Below are positions 1-9,204 of a DNA stretch of 64,000 nucleotides, in pieces (within the stretch, counting starts at the first letter, position 1; every line of letters starts with the position of its first letter). The notes under the pieces are model-generated. The model did no database searches. It worked only from the letters and a program-made list of their open reading frames with translations, and was not told where the DNA came from. A program made the translations under genes and the position numbers. Source of the DNA: Longimicrobiales bacterium (lineage in GTDB: Bacteria; Gemmatimonadota; Gemmatimonadetes; Longimicrobiales; Gaopeijiaceae); NCBI GenBank assembly GCA_965249725.1, contig CBDFMQ010000001.1:96001-160000 (forward strand). The letters are read 5' to 3'.

Positions 1-162
1 CACGGTCACATACCGGACCAGCTCGGCGTTCGTGTGCGTCAGCTCCACGTTCTTCCGTTCGGTCCAGGCGGCGTGTGCTAGCGAACCCGCGCACACGGCC
101 AGCAACAGGTACCACGCGTATCGATGGATACGCGGTGGACGTGACAGATCGTCTAGCTTCAT
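1..162 (-). CDS. Hypothetical protein with N-terminal hydrophobic segment, runs off the window edge (phage-like)
   Basis: ATG at 162 overlaps the upstream stop (ATGA). Reads MKLDDLSRPPRIHRYAWYLLLAVCAGSLAHAAW..., open to position 1. Confidence 0.5.
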   Translation of the reverse strand, partial: MKLDDLSRPPRIHRYAWYLLLAVCAGSLAHAAWTERKNVELTHTNAELVRYVTV

Positions 163-443
163 GCGGTCTCCTCCGGCGTGGTCTCAGCGGGACGGAACAG
201 CTTGCAGGAATTGCTCAGTCCATCGCGTTCGATTAGCGCCCCTAAGGCCGCGCTCCACGCCATCGCCTCGCCCCTGGATTGGTCCGTCTCAGCATGCTCG
301 GGCATCTGGTCGTAGTTGTGGAGCAGGTGTAGGTCCCAAATGGCGCACCCGGGCGAGTCGTTCACGGGCTGATTGTTTGCGCACCGCTCGCAGTTGTTCA
401 CCCGCCAGTCCGCACCCCCTGAGCCGTTGCTGAAATAGCCCAT
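159..443 (-). CDS. Small Cys-containing hypothetical protein, phage-like
   Basis: MGYFSNGSGGADWRVNNCERC...CAIWDLH; GAGGA RBS-like motif upstream; tightly coupled to neighbours. Confidence 0.6.
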   Translation of the reverse strand: MGYFSNGSGGADWRVNNCERCANNQPVNDSPGCAIWDLHLLHNYDQMPEHAETDQSRGEAMAWSAALGALIERDGLSNSCKLFRPAETTPEETA

Positions 444-445
444 CG

Positions 446-745
446 TCAGCCGTCCTCTACTGGGGTTACGCGGGGAGAAGCACCTGCGAATTGCTGTTCT
501 GCTAGGCGGGCCTTGTACCACTCGGGAAAGCCAGCGACCGCGGCGTCGAAGGGCTGGTCTATGATCTCGCGGAAGGCAACATCGCGTGAGGAGCTACCCG
601 GATGTAGACCGTTGTGAAAACCGTTGACAAGGGTACCGGCTTTCGGGCGCGCTTCGGGCCTGGAACGACGCGATCCGCTACCCCCGCTACCGTGCGTATT
701 AGGCGTATCTGTGCGGTTTAACGGCTTCTGTGAGGTTTCTGAGGA
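446..745 (-). pseudogene. 3' part of a hypothetical ORF lacking its 5' end
   Basis: Frame open from about 745 to TGA at 446-448 (...DVAFREIIDQPFDAAVAGFPEWYKARLAEQQF...); no convincing start before it meets the ABC fragment. Confidence 0.35.
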
Positions 746-1398
746 GGAACATCCGCTTCTTCTCTAGGCTCTACGCCGTCCCGCGCAACCGTCGGCGAGA
801 GCGAGCGGATTGGGTGGTGGAGTTGGCGGGCCTGACCGAGCACAGGCAGCGTTTGACCGGTGAGCTCCCATTGGGTTGGAAGCAGAGGCTCGCCCTGGGA
901 TGCGCCGTCCTTCACGAGCCACCCATTCTCTTCCTGGACGAACCGACGTCCGGGGTCGACCCGATTTCGCGTCGTACGTTCTGGGATCTCATCTACTCGT
1001 TGGGAGACGGTGGGACGACCGTGTTCGTCACCACGCATTACATGGAAGAGGCCGAGTACTGTCACCGGCTCGCGTTGATGAATCGGGGACGCCTCATCGC
1101 CCTCGACACGGCGGCCGGCCTCAGGGCGGACATGCAGCTGCCCCTGTTCGAGGTTCACTCCGAAGCGACGCCCCAGGCAGTAAGGGTGCTGGACGGTGCC
1201 GAGGGAATCGTCGACGCGGCCATGTACGGCCGCACCTTGCACGTGACTGCGGAGGCCGAGGACGGTGCGGATGACCGCATCCGGTCCCATCTGGCCCGGG
1301 CCGAGATCGCGGTGACGTCGGTAAAACAGATCCAACCCTCTCTCGAAGACGTGTTCGTGGCACGTATAAGGGATGAAGGCGGGGCGAGGAGCGGGTGA
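745..1398 (+). pseudogene. ABC transporter ATP-binding protein (YbhF/CcmA-like), 5'-truncated
   Basis: Has signature region LPLGWKQRL, Walker B ILFLDEPT and H-loop TTHYMEEAE, but no Walker A; similarity starts at NIRFF. Confidence 0.8.
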
Positions 1399-2519
1399 GC
1401 ATGATCAGCCGGATGCGGCTTCTGGCCATGGCCCGCAAGGAGGTGCTCCATCTGCGCCGTGATCCCAGGAGCCTTTTGCTCGCCTTCCTCCTGCCGGCCC
1501 TCCTCGTCGTACTGTTCGGCTACGCCATCACGTGGGATGTCGAGGACATTCACACGGCTGTACTCGATATGGACGGGTCCCTCCGAAGCCGGGAGCTGCT
1601 CGACGCGTTCGAGGCCTCCGGGTACTTCACGGTGGTTCGCCGACTGAGCCGTTACGACCAGGTGGAGGCAGTACTGGATGGGGGGCAGGCCCTGGTGACG
1701 ATTGTCATCCCGCCCGACTTCGCCCGAGACCTCGATGGCGGGCGATCCGCTGAACTGCAAGTCCTGGTGGACGGCAGTGACGCCAACACAGCGACGATCG
1801 CGCTGGGCTATGCCCAGGGCATCGTCCGCTCCTTCTCGACTGCGATTCTGCTAAAAGGGGCAGACGTTCCCCCAACGATCAGCGCGGAGACCCGGGTCTG
1901 GTATAACGAGGAACTCCGGAGCAGGAATATGATCGTCCCGGGGCTCGTTGCGGTCATCATGATGATCATCGCCGCCATGCTCACCTCGCTCACCATCGCT
2001 CGGGAGTGGGAGCGGGGCACCATGGAGCAGCTCGTGTCGACCCCGGTCCATCGGCTCGAGGTGGTCCTGGGGAAACTGCTTCCTTACGTGGCTATCGGGG
2101 TCATCGACGTGGTGCTGGTGAGCGTCCTTGGAGTCTTCCTCTTCGGCGTCCCCTTCCGAGGCAATCCCGCCCTTCTGATGATTCTCTCGCTCGCGTTCAT
2201 TGTGGGAGCCTTGGGACTCGGGATGTTCATCTCGGCAGTTGCGCGCTCCCAACTGCTCGCCACCCAGTTGGCGATGATGCTCACGTTTCTCCCGGCGTTC
2301 TTGCTGTCGGGCTTCATGTTCGCCATCGACGTGATGCCTCCGCCGCTGCAGGCGATCACCTACCTGATCCCAGCGCGTTACTTCCTCGTCGTTACGCGGG
2401 GACTGTTCCTGAAGGGTGTGGGGGTCGAGGTGTTGGCGACCGAAGGTCTCCTCATGATCGCTTTCGCTGCCCTCGGCATCTTCGGTGCGACGCGGGCTTT
2501 CCGGAAGGAGATCCAGTGA
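1395..2519 (+). CDS. ABC-2 type permease (YbhS-like)
   Basis: RKE..HLRRD, VDGSDAN, WYNEEL, AREWERGTMEQL motifs; multiple TM segments. Confidence 0.92.
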   Translation: MSMISRMRLLAMARKEVLHLRRDPRSLLLAFLLPALLVVLFGYAITWDVEDIHTAVLDMDGSLRSRELLDAFEASGYFTVVRRLSRYDQVEAVLDGGQALVTIVIPPDFARDLDGGRSAELQVLVDGSDANTATIALGYAQGIVRSFSTAILLKGADVPPTISAETRVWYNEELRSRNMIVPGLVAVIMMIIAAMLTSLTIAREWERGTMEQLVSTPVHRLEVVLGKLLPYVAIGVIDVVLVSVLGVFLFGVPFRGNPALLMILSLAFIVGALGLGMFISAVARSQLLATQLAMMLTFLPAFLLSGFMFAIDVMPPPLQAITYLIPARYFLVVTRGLFLKGVGVEVLATEGLLMIAFAALGIFGATRAFRKEIQ

Positions 2520-3682
2520 ACCGTGTCGAGGGAGCTCCTGTGCACCGCGAGGGACCCTGGGTGGGTCGCGTGGTGGCATCCCTGGAACGGGTGTTCGGGC
2601 TGCTGGCCAAGGAGTTCAGGCACATCTTCCGCGATCCTCGGATGGCCCGGGTGATCTTCGTAGCCCCGATCATTCAGCTGGTCGCGTTCGGGTACGCCGT
2701 ATCGACCGACCTCGAGGACACGCCGACCTTCGTTGTGGATCATGACAACACACGGGAGTCGCGCGACTTGGTCGCCTCGCTGACCGCTTCGGGCTACTTC
2801 GAAGTCACGGGGCGCTCCGCCTCTCCTCGGGACCTCGTGCGCGCACTCGACCGGGGGGACGCCGTCCTGGGGGTGGAGATTCCGCGAGCGTACGCGGAGG
2901 CGTGGTTGGGTAGGGGAGGGGCGAGCATACAGATCCTCCTCGACGGGACCAATTCCAACACCGCTGCCATGGCGCAGGGTTACATCACTCGGATCGTCGA
3001 GGGGCGTGCGGTGGAGCGGGCCATGGCGGGCATACAGCTCCCCGTAGATCTCCGTGAAAGGGCGTGGTACAACCCTGAGTTGGCCAGCCGCAACTACAAC
3101 GTGCCTGCCGTGGTCGGAACCCTGATCATGTTGGTGTGCCTACTCCTAACCTCGCTCGCTGTCGTCCGCGAGCGAGAGATCGGGACACTCGAGCAGCTCA
3201 AGGTCAGTCCCCTCACGGCAAGCGAGCTCATCGCTGGCAAGACACTGCCGTTCGGGATCATCGGAATGGGAGACATGGTTCTGGTGACAACGGTGGCGGT
3301 GCTTTGGTTCGATGTTCCGCTCCGCGGAAGCCTCTCTCTGCTGTTCCTCGCGAGCCTTCTGTATGTGGTGGCGGGCCTGGGAATGGGACTACTTGTCTCC
3401 ACGGTCTCCAAGACGCAACAGGAGGCCTTCATGGGGACCTTTCTCGTATTCATGCCCGCCCTGCTCTTGTCCGGCTTCATGTTTCCGGTTTCGAGCATGC
3501 CCGTGGTCTTCCAGAACGTCACCGTTCTGAACCCGGTTCGACACTACATCGAGATCGTGCGTGCCATCTTCCTCAAGGGCATCGGAATCGAGGTGCTGTG
3601 GCCCCAGTTTCTGGCGCTGTTCGTCCTCGGCACGGCTCTCCTCACGCTCGCGACCCTTCGATTCAGGCGAGAGGTCTCCTGA
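2516..3682 (+). CDS. ABC-2 type permease (YbhR-like)
   Basis: GTG overlapping the previous TGA (start uncertain); KEFRHIFRD, LDGTNSN, VREREIGTLEQL. Confidence 0.9.
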   Translation: MNRVEGAPVHREGPWVGRVVASLERVFGLLAKEFRHIFRDPRMARVIFVAPIIQLVAFGYAVSTDLEDTPTFVVDHDNTRESRDLVASLTASGYFEVTGRSASPRDLVRALDRGDAVLGVEIPRAYAEAWLGRGGASIQILLDGTNSNTAAMAQGYITRIVEGRAVERAMAGIQLPVDLRERAWYNPELASRNYNVPAVVGTLIMLVCLLLTSLAVVREREIGTLEQLKVSPLTASELIAGKTLPFGIIGMGDMVLVTTVAVLWFDVPLRGSLSLLFLASLLYVVAGLGMGLLVSTVSKTQQEAFMGTFLVFMPALLLSGFMFPVSSMPVVFQNVTVLNPVRHYIEIVRAIFLKGIGIEVLWPQFLALFVLGTALLTLATLRFRREVS

Positions 3683-3777
3683 CTCGCCCACGGCGGGTTT
3701 CCCGCGTATCTTGCTCGGTTGGCGGGCGGAGGGCCGCCGTTTTTCTTCCGTTGGATTCAAGTTAAGGGGGTAGCTCC

Positions 3778-4413
3778 ATGAGCGACGTCGAGATCATCGG
3801 CACTCCGGAGCGCAGGGTCTCCAGACGAACCTTCATCATGGGTGTCATCGCCACGGGGGCGACGACCTCATCGGTGGGCTATCTGTTCCGAGGGTCCACA
3901 CCACTCCTGGGTGCTACGGCGGTCCAGGGTTCGGTGGAACGGCTCGTGACGCTCAACGTCAATGGCCAGCAACGTCGAGTCGACGTGCTGAAGCAGGAAA
4001 CGTTGGCCATGACGCTGCGCTACAAGCTCGGACTCACCGGCACCAAGCTCGGGTGTGATCGGGCCGAGTGCGGCGCGTGTACCGTCTTGATCGACGGCGT
4101 GCCGAGTTATGCCTGTTCCGTGTTGACTCAGACGGTCCGCGGGCAGGAGATCACGACGATCGAGGGACTGGAGAGCGCTGACGGGACGCTCCATCCGGTC
4201 CAGCAGGCGGTGATGGATGAGGGTGGGTTCCAGTGCGCTTTCTGCGCACCGGGCTTCATCATGAGTATGGTGGCGATGGTCGAGGCCAATCCGACCCCGA
4301 CGAAGGAAGAGGCGGCGCACGCGCTCTCCGGCAACCTCTGCCGCTGCGCCGACTACAACAAGATCCTTACTTCCGCCATGCGAGCTGCCGAGTATTCTCG
4401 GCAGCGGGCTTAA
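3778..4413 (+). CDS. Xanthine dehydrogenase family 2x[2Fe-2S] subunit with twin-arginine signal (PaoA/YagT-like)
   Basis: SRRTFI Tat motif; GCDRAECGACTV, QCAFCAPG, NLCRC. Confidence 0.92.
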   Translation: MSDVEIIGTPERRVSRRTFIMGVIATGATTSSVGYLFRGSTPLLGATAVQGSVERLVTLNVNGQQRRVDVLKQETLAMTLRYKLGLTGTKLGCDRAECGACTVLIDGVPSYACSVLTQTVRGQEITTIEGLESADGTLHPVQQAVMDEGGFQCAFCAPGFIMSMVAMVEANPTPTKEEAAHALSGNLCRCADYNKILTSAMRAAEYSRQRA

Positions 4414-4422
4414 GGGGGCATC

Positions 4423-6819
4423 ATGGCCGAGAAACTAGTAGGACAAGACATCGCCGCTCCCGATCTTCGCGCGAAGATCACGGGTCGGGCCAAGTACGCC
4501 GAAGACTTCAGGGTCGACGGCATGGTGTTCGCCAAGCTCCTTTTGAGTCCCATGCCCCACTGCCGCGTCAGGCGCATCGACGCCAGTGCGGCGCTCGCGA
4601 TGGAGGGGGTCTTTGGCGTCCTCACGGCCGAGGATGTGCCGGCGGTCGACGCTCCCGGTGAGGCGTGCCTCACCATGGAGCCACACTACGAGGGAGAGCC
4701 TATCCTCGCAGTGGCGGCCGTGGACGAGACGACCGCCGCGGATGCGATCGAGGCGATCAAGATCGACTACGAGCCCCTACCGTTCGTGTTGAATCCTCTG
4801 GACAGCCTCAGGCCCGATGGCCCGAGCGCCCGCCTGGACGGCAACACACGGGTCGGGCGGGAACTCGCCACCATCAAGTGGACCGAGGAGGACTTCGCCA
4901 ACGCTTCGGAGGGGACCATGCCCATGGGTGAGGCCGGGGCGGAATGGAGCGTAGGCGATGTAGAGGCCGGCTTTGCTGAAGCCGACCTGATCATCGACGA
5001 GACGATGACGCACCAGTCGCTCACGCACCATCCGCTCGAGCCTCGCACCACGATGGCGTATTGGCAGAACGGCAGGCTCTACATGCACACGTCCACGCAG
5101 AGCCTGGCGAGAACGAGGGCTGCTGTGGCCGGCATGCTCTCCATGGACATGGCGGACGTGGTCGTGGTGGGCGAGTTCTGCGGAGGTGGCTTCGGGAGCA
5201 AAATCACGGGCAGCACACACATGATCATCCCGGCGGTCTTCTCCCAGAAGATCAACCGCCCCGTCATGATGCGGATCAACCGCTACGAGGAGACCTACAT
5301 CGGCCGGGCCCGCCCCGGCTTCCAGGCTCAGGTCAAGATCGGCTTCCGCGCCGACGGCCGCATCACCGCCATGGATATGTACATCCTGAACGACGGCGGG
5401 CCCTATGGAGGCTCCGGCGACAACATGTCGGCCGGCTCGACGGCGTCCCTGACCTATACGCCGCTCAACCAGCGGCACCGCGGGGTCGGGGTCTACACCA
5501 ACACGCCACCCAAGGCGGCCCAGCGCGGCCCAGGCGGAGCCCAGATCATCGGAATGCTCGAGCCGTTGATGGACAAGGCGGCGCGTGAGCTCGGGATCGA
5601 CCGCCTGGAGCTCAGGCGCATCAACGCGCCGGGCGGCGACGTGGCCTACGGGCCCCGCGGCAGCACGCTCACGAGCGTCTTCGTCAAAGAAGCCATCGAC
5701 AAGGGCGCCGAGATGTTCGGTTGGGAGGACCGGATCGCCAGGAGTGGACAGCGCAACGGCTCCAAGGTCACCGGCATCGGCGTCGGAGTCAGTCCGTACA
5801 CCGCGGGCAGCTCGGGCTTCGATGGTCTGCTCGTCATCCGCCCCGACGGCAAGGTGCACATCCACCAAGGAATCGGGAATCTGGGAACCCACTCGGTTGC
5901 TGACACGGCGAGAGCCGCGGCCGACGTGCTGGGGGTCTCCTGGGACGACGTCGAGGTCGTTTCCGGTGACACCAGCAAGAACCTGCCCTGGAGTTCCGTA
6001 CAGGCGGGAAGCCAAACCACCTTCGCCCACACCCGGGCCAACCACGCCGTCGGGACAGCCGCCAAGCGCCTGCTGCAGCAGATTGCCGCCCGTGATCTGG
6101 GTGGGTCCGCGGCAGACTACGATACAGCCGACGGCCGCGTCTTCCGTCGCTCGAGTCCCTCGACGGGCATGAGCCTGGCCCGGGCCTCCACTCGCGCCAT
6201 TGAATTGGGTGGGCGATACAGTGGCGAGGAGTTCGACGACGACCTCAACGACATGACCAAGGCGGCGGTCGCCGGATTGGCGGGCCAGGGTCTCGTGGCG
6301 GCCGCCAAGGACAACTACCCTCGGGACGGCGGGGTGCAATCCTGGGTCGTCGGTTTCGCCGAGATAGAACTGGACGTCGAGACTGGAGCGGTCGACATCG
6401 TGAACTACACCGCTGTGGCCGACTGCGGAACCATCCTTCACCCCCGCAGCTTAGGTGGCCAGATCCTCGGTGGGTCTATTCAGGGAATGGGCATCGCCCG
6501 AAGCCAGAAGTGGGTCTTCGACCCCGTCTGGGGAGTGTCCTTCGCCAAACGCCTCTATACTGCCCGACCACCCGGAATGCTCGACGTGCCCATCGATATG
6601 GAGTGGGCGGCCGTGGAGATTCCCGATCCGCAGTCGCCGGTTGGCGCCAAGGGCATCGGGGAACCGTGTGTGGGAGCCGGTTCAGCCGCGCTCACGTCGG
6701 CCATTGCCGACGCGCTGGGTGGTAAGTGCTTGTGTCGTACGCCACTGACGGCGGACGTCCTTCTTGCCGAAATCGAGGGACGCGCGCCTGCGTACGGTCC
6801 TCTCGACCTTCACGTTTAA
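4423..6819 (+). CDS. Xanthine dehydrogenase family molybdopterin-binding subunit (PaoC/YagR-like)
   Basis: KITGRAKYAED, GGGFGSK, QRGPG, GAKGIGEP with catalytic Glu; 798 aa. Confidence 0.93.
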   Translation: MAEKLVGQDIAAPDLRAKITGRAKYAEDFRVDGMVFAKLLLSPMPHCRVRRIDASAALAMEGVFGVLTAEDVPAVDAPGEACLTMEPHYEGEPILAVAAVDETTAADAIEAIKIDYEPLPFVLNPLDSLRPDGPSARLDGNTRVGRELATIKWTEEDFANASEGTMPMGEAGAEWSVGDVEAGFAEADLIIDETMTHQSLTHHPLEPRTTMAYWQNGRLYMHTSTQSLARTRAAVAGMLSMDMADVVVVGEFCGGGFGSKITGSTHMIIPAVFSQKINRPVMMRINRYEETYIGRARPGFQAQVKIGFRADGRITAMDMYILNDGGPYGGSGDNMSAGSTASLTYTPLNQRHRGVGVYTNTPPKAAQRGPGGAQIIGMLEPLMDKAARELGIDRLELRRINAPGGDVAYGPRGSTLTSVFVKEAIDKGAEMFGWEDRIARSGQRNGSKVTGIGVGVSPYTAGSSGFDGLLVIRPDGKVHIHQGIGNLGTHSVADTARAAADVLGVSWDDVEVVSGDTSKNLPWSSVQAGSQTTFAHTRANHAVGTAAKRLLQQIAARDLGGSAADYDTADGRVFRRSSPSTGMSLARASTRAIELGGRYSGEEFDDDLNDMTKAAVAGLAGQGLVAAAKDNYPRDGGVQSWVVGFAEIELDVETGAVDIVNYTAVADCGTILHPRSLGGQILGGSIQGMGIARSQKWVFDPVWGVSFAKRLYTARPPGMLDVPIDMEWAAVEIPDPQSPVGAKGIGEPCVGAGSAALTSAIADALGGKCLCRTPLTADVLLAEIEGRAPAYGPLDLHV

Positions 6820-6834
6820 AGGGAGAAGCGAATC

Positions 6835-7836
6835 ATGGCGGTCATCAGAGACATGATCCCGGCGTTCGAGCTCTTCCAGCCGGCGAACGTCGAGGATGCC
6901 ATCGACCTGTTGGATCGGTACGGCGAGGACGGATGGGCGTTGTCGGGCGGTTTGGACAGCTTCGACTGGTTCAAGGACCGCATCAAGCGGCCCGTCGCGG
7001 TCGTCGACCTGGTCAATCTTGCCGAGTTGCGCGGAGTGCAGTCTACCGGCGAGGGCGTGGAAATCGGGGCCCTGACCACGATCACGGAGGTTGCGACCAA
7101 CCCGGAGCTGATGTCGAGCTACAGCGTCCTCACCGACGCTGCGTCGAGGGTCGCCACGCCGCAGATCCGGAATCGGGGCACGCTGGGTGGTAACCTCTCG
7201 CAGGACACCCGCTGCTGGTACTACCGGGGAGGTTGGCCCTGCTACCGCGCCGGCGGAAACACGTGCTACGCGGCAGCCCCCACGGCCATGAACCGGGAGC
7301 ACTGCATCCTGGGCTCGAGCCGTTGTGTTGCCGTGAACCCGTCGGATACGGCGTCGGCGCTGATCGCGCTCGATGCCAAGTTCGTGATCCAGGGTACACG
7401 CGGGGAGCGCGTGGTCGATGCGGAGGACTTTTTCATGCGCCCCAGCGTCGACATCGAGCGTATGACGATCCTGAAGCCGGGCGAGCTATTGACTGCGATC
7501 CGCCTGCCCGCGCGGTGGGCCGGAGCCCGCTTCTACTATGAGAAGGTCGAGGACCGTAAGGCCTGGGACTTCGCCCTTATTACGGTGGCGTCGGCCATGC
7601 GCATGAATGGGAATGTCATCGAGGAGGCGCGCTTGGCGGTGAACGGTGTCGCTCCGTATCCGGTCCGGCTCGCATCTACCGAGTCGCTGATTCAAGGACA
7701 GATACCGTCGGACGCCCTAGGGGCGCAGGCCGGCCTTCTGGCTGTCGAGAAGGCACAGCCGCTGAGGCACAACGACTTCAAGGTGCCCATGATGCGCAAT
7801 CTGGTCCGTCGGGCCGTTCGCGGAGCGGAGGGTTAG
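6835..7836 (+). CDS. Xanthine dehydrogenase family FAD-binding subunit with [4Fe-4S] insert (PaoB/HcrB-like)
   Basis: ATPQIRNRGTLGGN; Cys insert RCWYYR..C..GGNTC...C; PSD motif. Confidence 0.92.
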   Translation: MAVIRDMIPAFELFQPANVEDAIDLLDRYGEDGWALSGGLDSFDWFKDRIKRPVAVVDLVNLAELRGVQSTGEGVEIGALTTITEVATNPELMSSYSVLTDAASRVATPQIRNRGTLGGNLSQDTRCWYYRGGWPCYRAGGNTCYAAAPTAMNREHCILGSSRCVAVNPSDTASALIALDAKFVIQGTRGERVVDAEDFFMRPSVDIERMTILKPGELLTAIRLPARWAGARFYYEKVEDRKAWDFALITVASAMRMNGNVIEEARLAVNGVAPYPVRLASTESLIQGQIPSDALGAQAGLLAVEKAQPLRHNDFKVPMMRNLVRRAVRGAEG

Positions 7837-7838
7837 GT

Positions 7839-8777
7839 ATGGAACTCTGGAGGCGGGCGGCAAATCCGTGGAATCAGGAGGTCCTGATCGGGGTGTCGTG
7901 GGATCTCATGTGGGCTGCCATCATCGTGGGGGTGGGCTTCGTGGCGTTGCACGCCGTGTGGGCGCGCTTCCTGGCACCGCCCGCGACGGCGGCGTCCGAT
8001 GATGTCACTTCGAGCTTGCCGAGCCGGATCCTGCGGCATGCCATGTCGGAGCGCGTCTTCCACGGGCTCATGGCGGTGGCGATGCTCGTGCTGCTCATCA
8101 CTGCGTTCTTCCCGGTCGTGGGCATCCAGTTCGCTTGGGTGACGATCCACTGGGTTGCCGGGGTCATTCTCACCGTTCTCATCGTCTACCACGTCATCCA
8201 TGCCACGTTCTGGCAGAACTTCTGGGCGATGTGGATCGACAAGGCCGACATCAAGGCGGGCGTGGTGGAGCTCAAGCACATCTTGGGCAAGGACGGAGAA
8301 GAGGCTCCCAAGGCCGGGAAGTATCCCATCGACCATATCCTCTTCCATCATGGCGCGGCCGTGACGGGGTTGGTGACCATCGCCACCGGCTTGTTGATGA
8401 TGCTCCGGTTGGAGACACCGTTTTGGACCGCCAATCCGTACATGCTCGCCGACAGTTCGTGGGGAATCGTCTACGTCTTACACGGCCTGGCCGGCGTGGG
8501 GTTGATCACACTGACCATCACGCACATCTACTTCGCGATCCGTCCGGACAAATGGTGGATCACCAAGTCGATGATCTTCGGGTGGATTCCGAGGAGCGAG
8601 TACCTCGGGAACCACGATCCGAATCGCTGGGTTGCCGAGGGTGCCGACGAGCCCGAGTTGGTGCCGGTCGGGACCGAAGCGACAGCGGGTGCCACAGTCG
8701 GAGCGACAGCGGGTGAGGCCGCCGGTGCGACCCCCGGCGGCGATGGTTCGACGTTCGATTCAGGAGCGGCTTCCTGA
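7839..8777 (+). CDS. Membrane cytochrome b (formate dehydrogenase gamma/FdnI-like)
   Basis: RH..SERVFH, HWVAG, AGKY, LHGLAG, THIYFA, SMIFGWI..EY...H; His-bearing TM helices. Confidence 0.85.
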   Translation: MELWRRAANPWNQEVLIGVSWDLMWAAIIVGVGFVALHAVWARFLAPPATAASDDVTSSLPSRILRHAMSERVFHGLMAVAMLVLLITAFFPVVGIQFAWVTIHWVAGVILTVLIVYHVIHATFWQNFWAMWIDKADIKAGVVELKHILGKDGEEAPKAGKYPIDHILFHHGAAVTGLVTIATGLLMMLRLETPFWTANPYMLADSSWGIVYVLHGLAGVGLITLTITHIYFAIRPDKWWITKSMIFGWIPRSEYLGNHDPNRWVAEGADEPELVPVGTEATAGATVGATAGEAAGATPGGDGSTFDSGAAS

Positions 8778-8778
8778 A

Positions 8779-9180
8779 GTGACAGTCGACGACCTCAGAA
8801 GGCACATCGACACGATTGAAGAGAGCTACGAGTTCTTCCTCGCTTATGCCGCCCAAGGCTTGTCGGGTGACAGCGTCAGTGGCTCCGGTGGAGAGCTGCG
8901 GGAATACCTGAAGCGGACGGACGAAGCCCTGTCGGCACTCCAGGACATGTCAGGTGTCGCGGATGGACTCGAGCCTGCCGACGCCTACCAGGACGCGGGC
9001 AAGGTCGTCGAGAGGGACGCCGGGGACACCCGATCTGCGGTGCGCCTCGTGATGGCGCAGCCCGGCATCAGCTCGCAGCTCATCGACAACCTGAATGCCT
9101 CGGTTCATTTCCGGGCACTCCTGACCGACCTGTTTCTCTTCGACGCGGTTCTGAAGAGTTCCGCCCGAGAGGGTGGCTAG
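8779..9180 (+). CDS. Helical hypothetical protein, last gene of the molybdoenzyme operon
   Basis: GTG 1 nt after the cytochrome b stop; IEESYEFFLAYAAQG and QLIDNLNASVHFRALLTDLFL. Confidence 0.7.
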   Translation: MTVDDLRRHIDTIEESYEFFLAYAAQGLSGDSVSGSGGELREYLKRTDEALSALQDMSGVADGLEPADAYQDAGKVVERDAGDTRSAVRLVMAQPGISSQLIDNLNASVHFRALLTDLFLFDAVLKSSAREGG

Positions 9181-9204
9181 AGACCCGGCCACGGGCCTCG
9201 GCAT

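Noticed and set aside
4777..6441. 554-aa minus-strand ORF
   Set aside because: Antisense to the molybdopterin subunit; no independent motifs.
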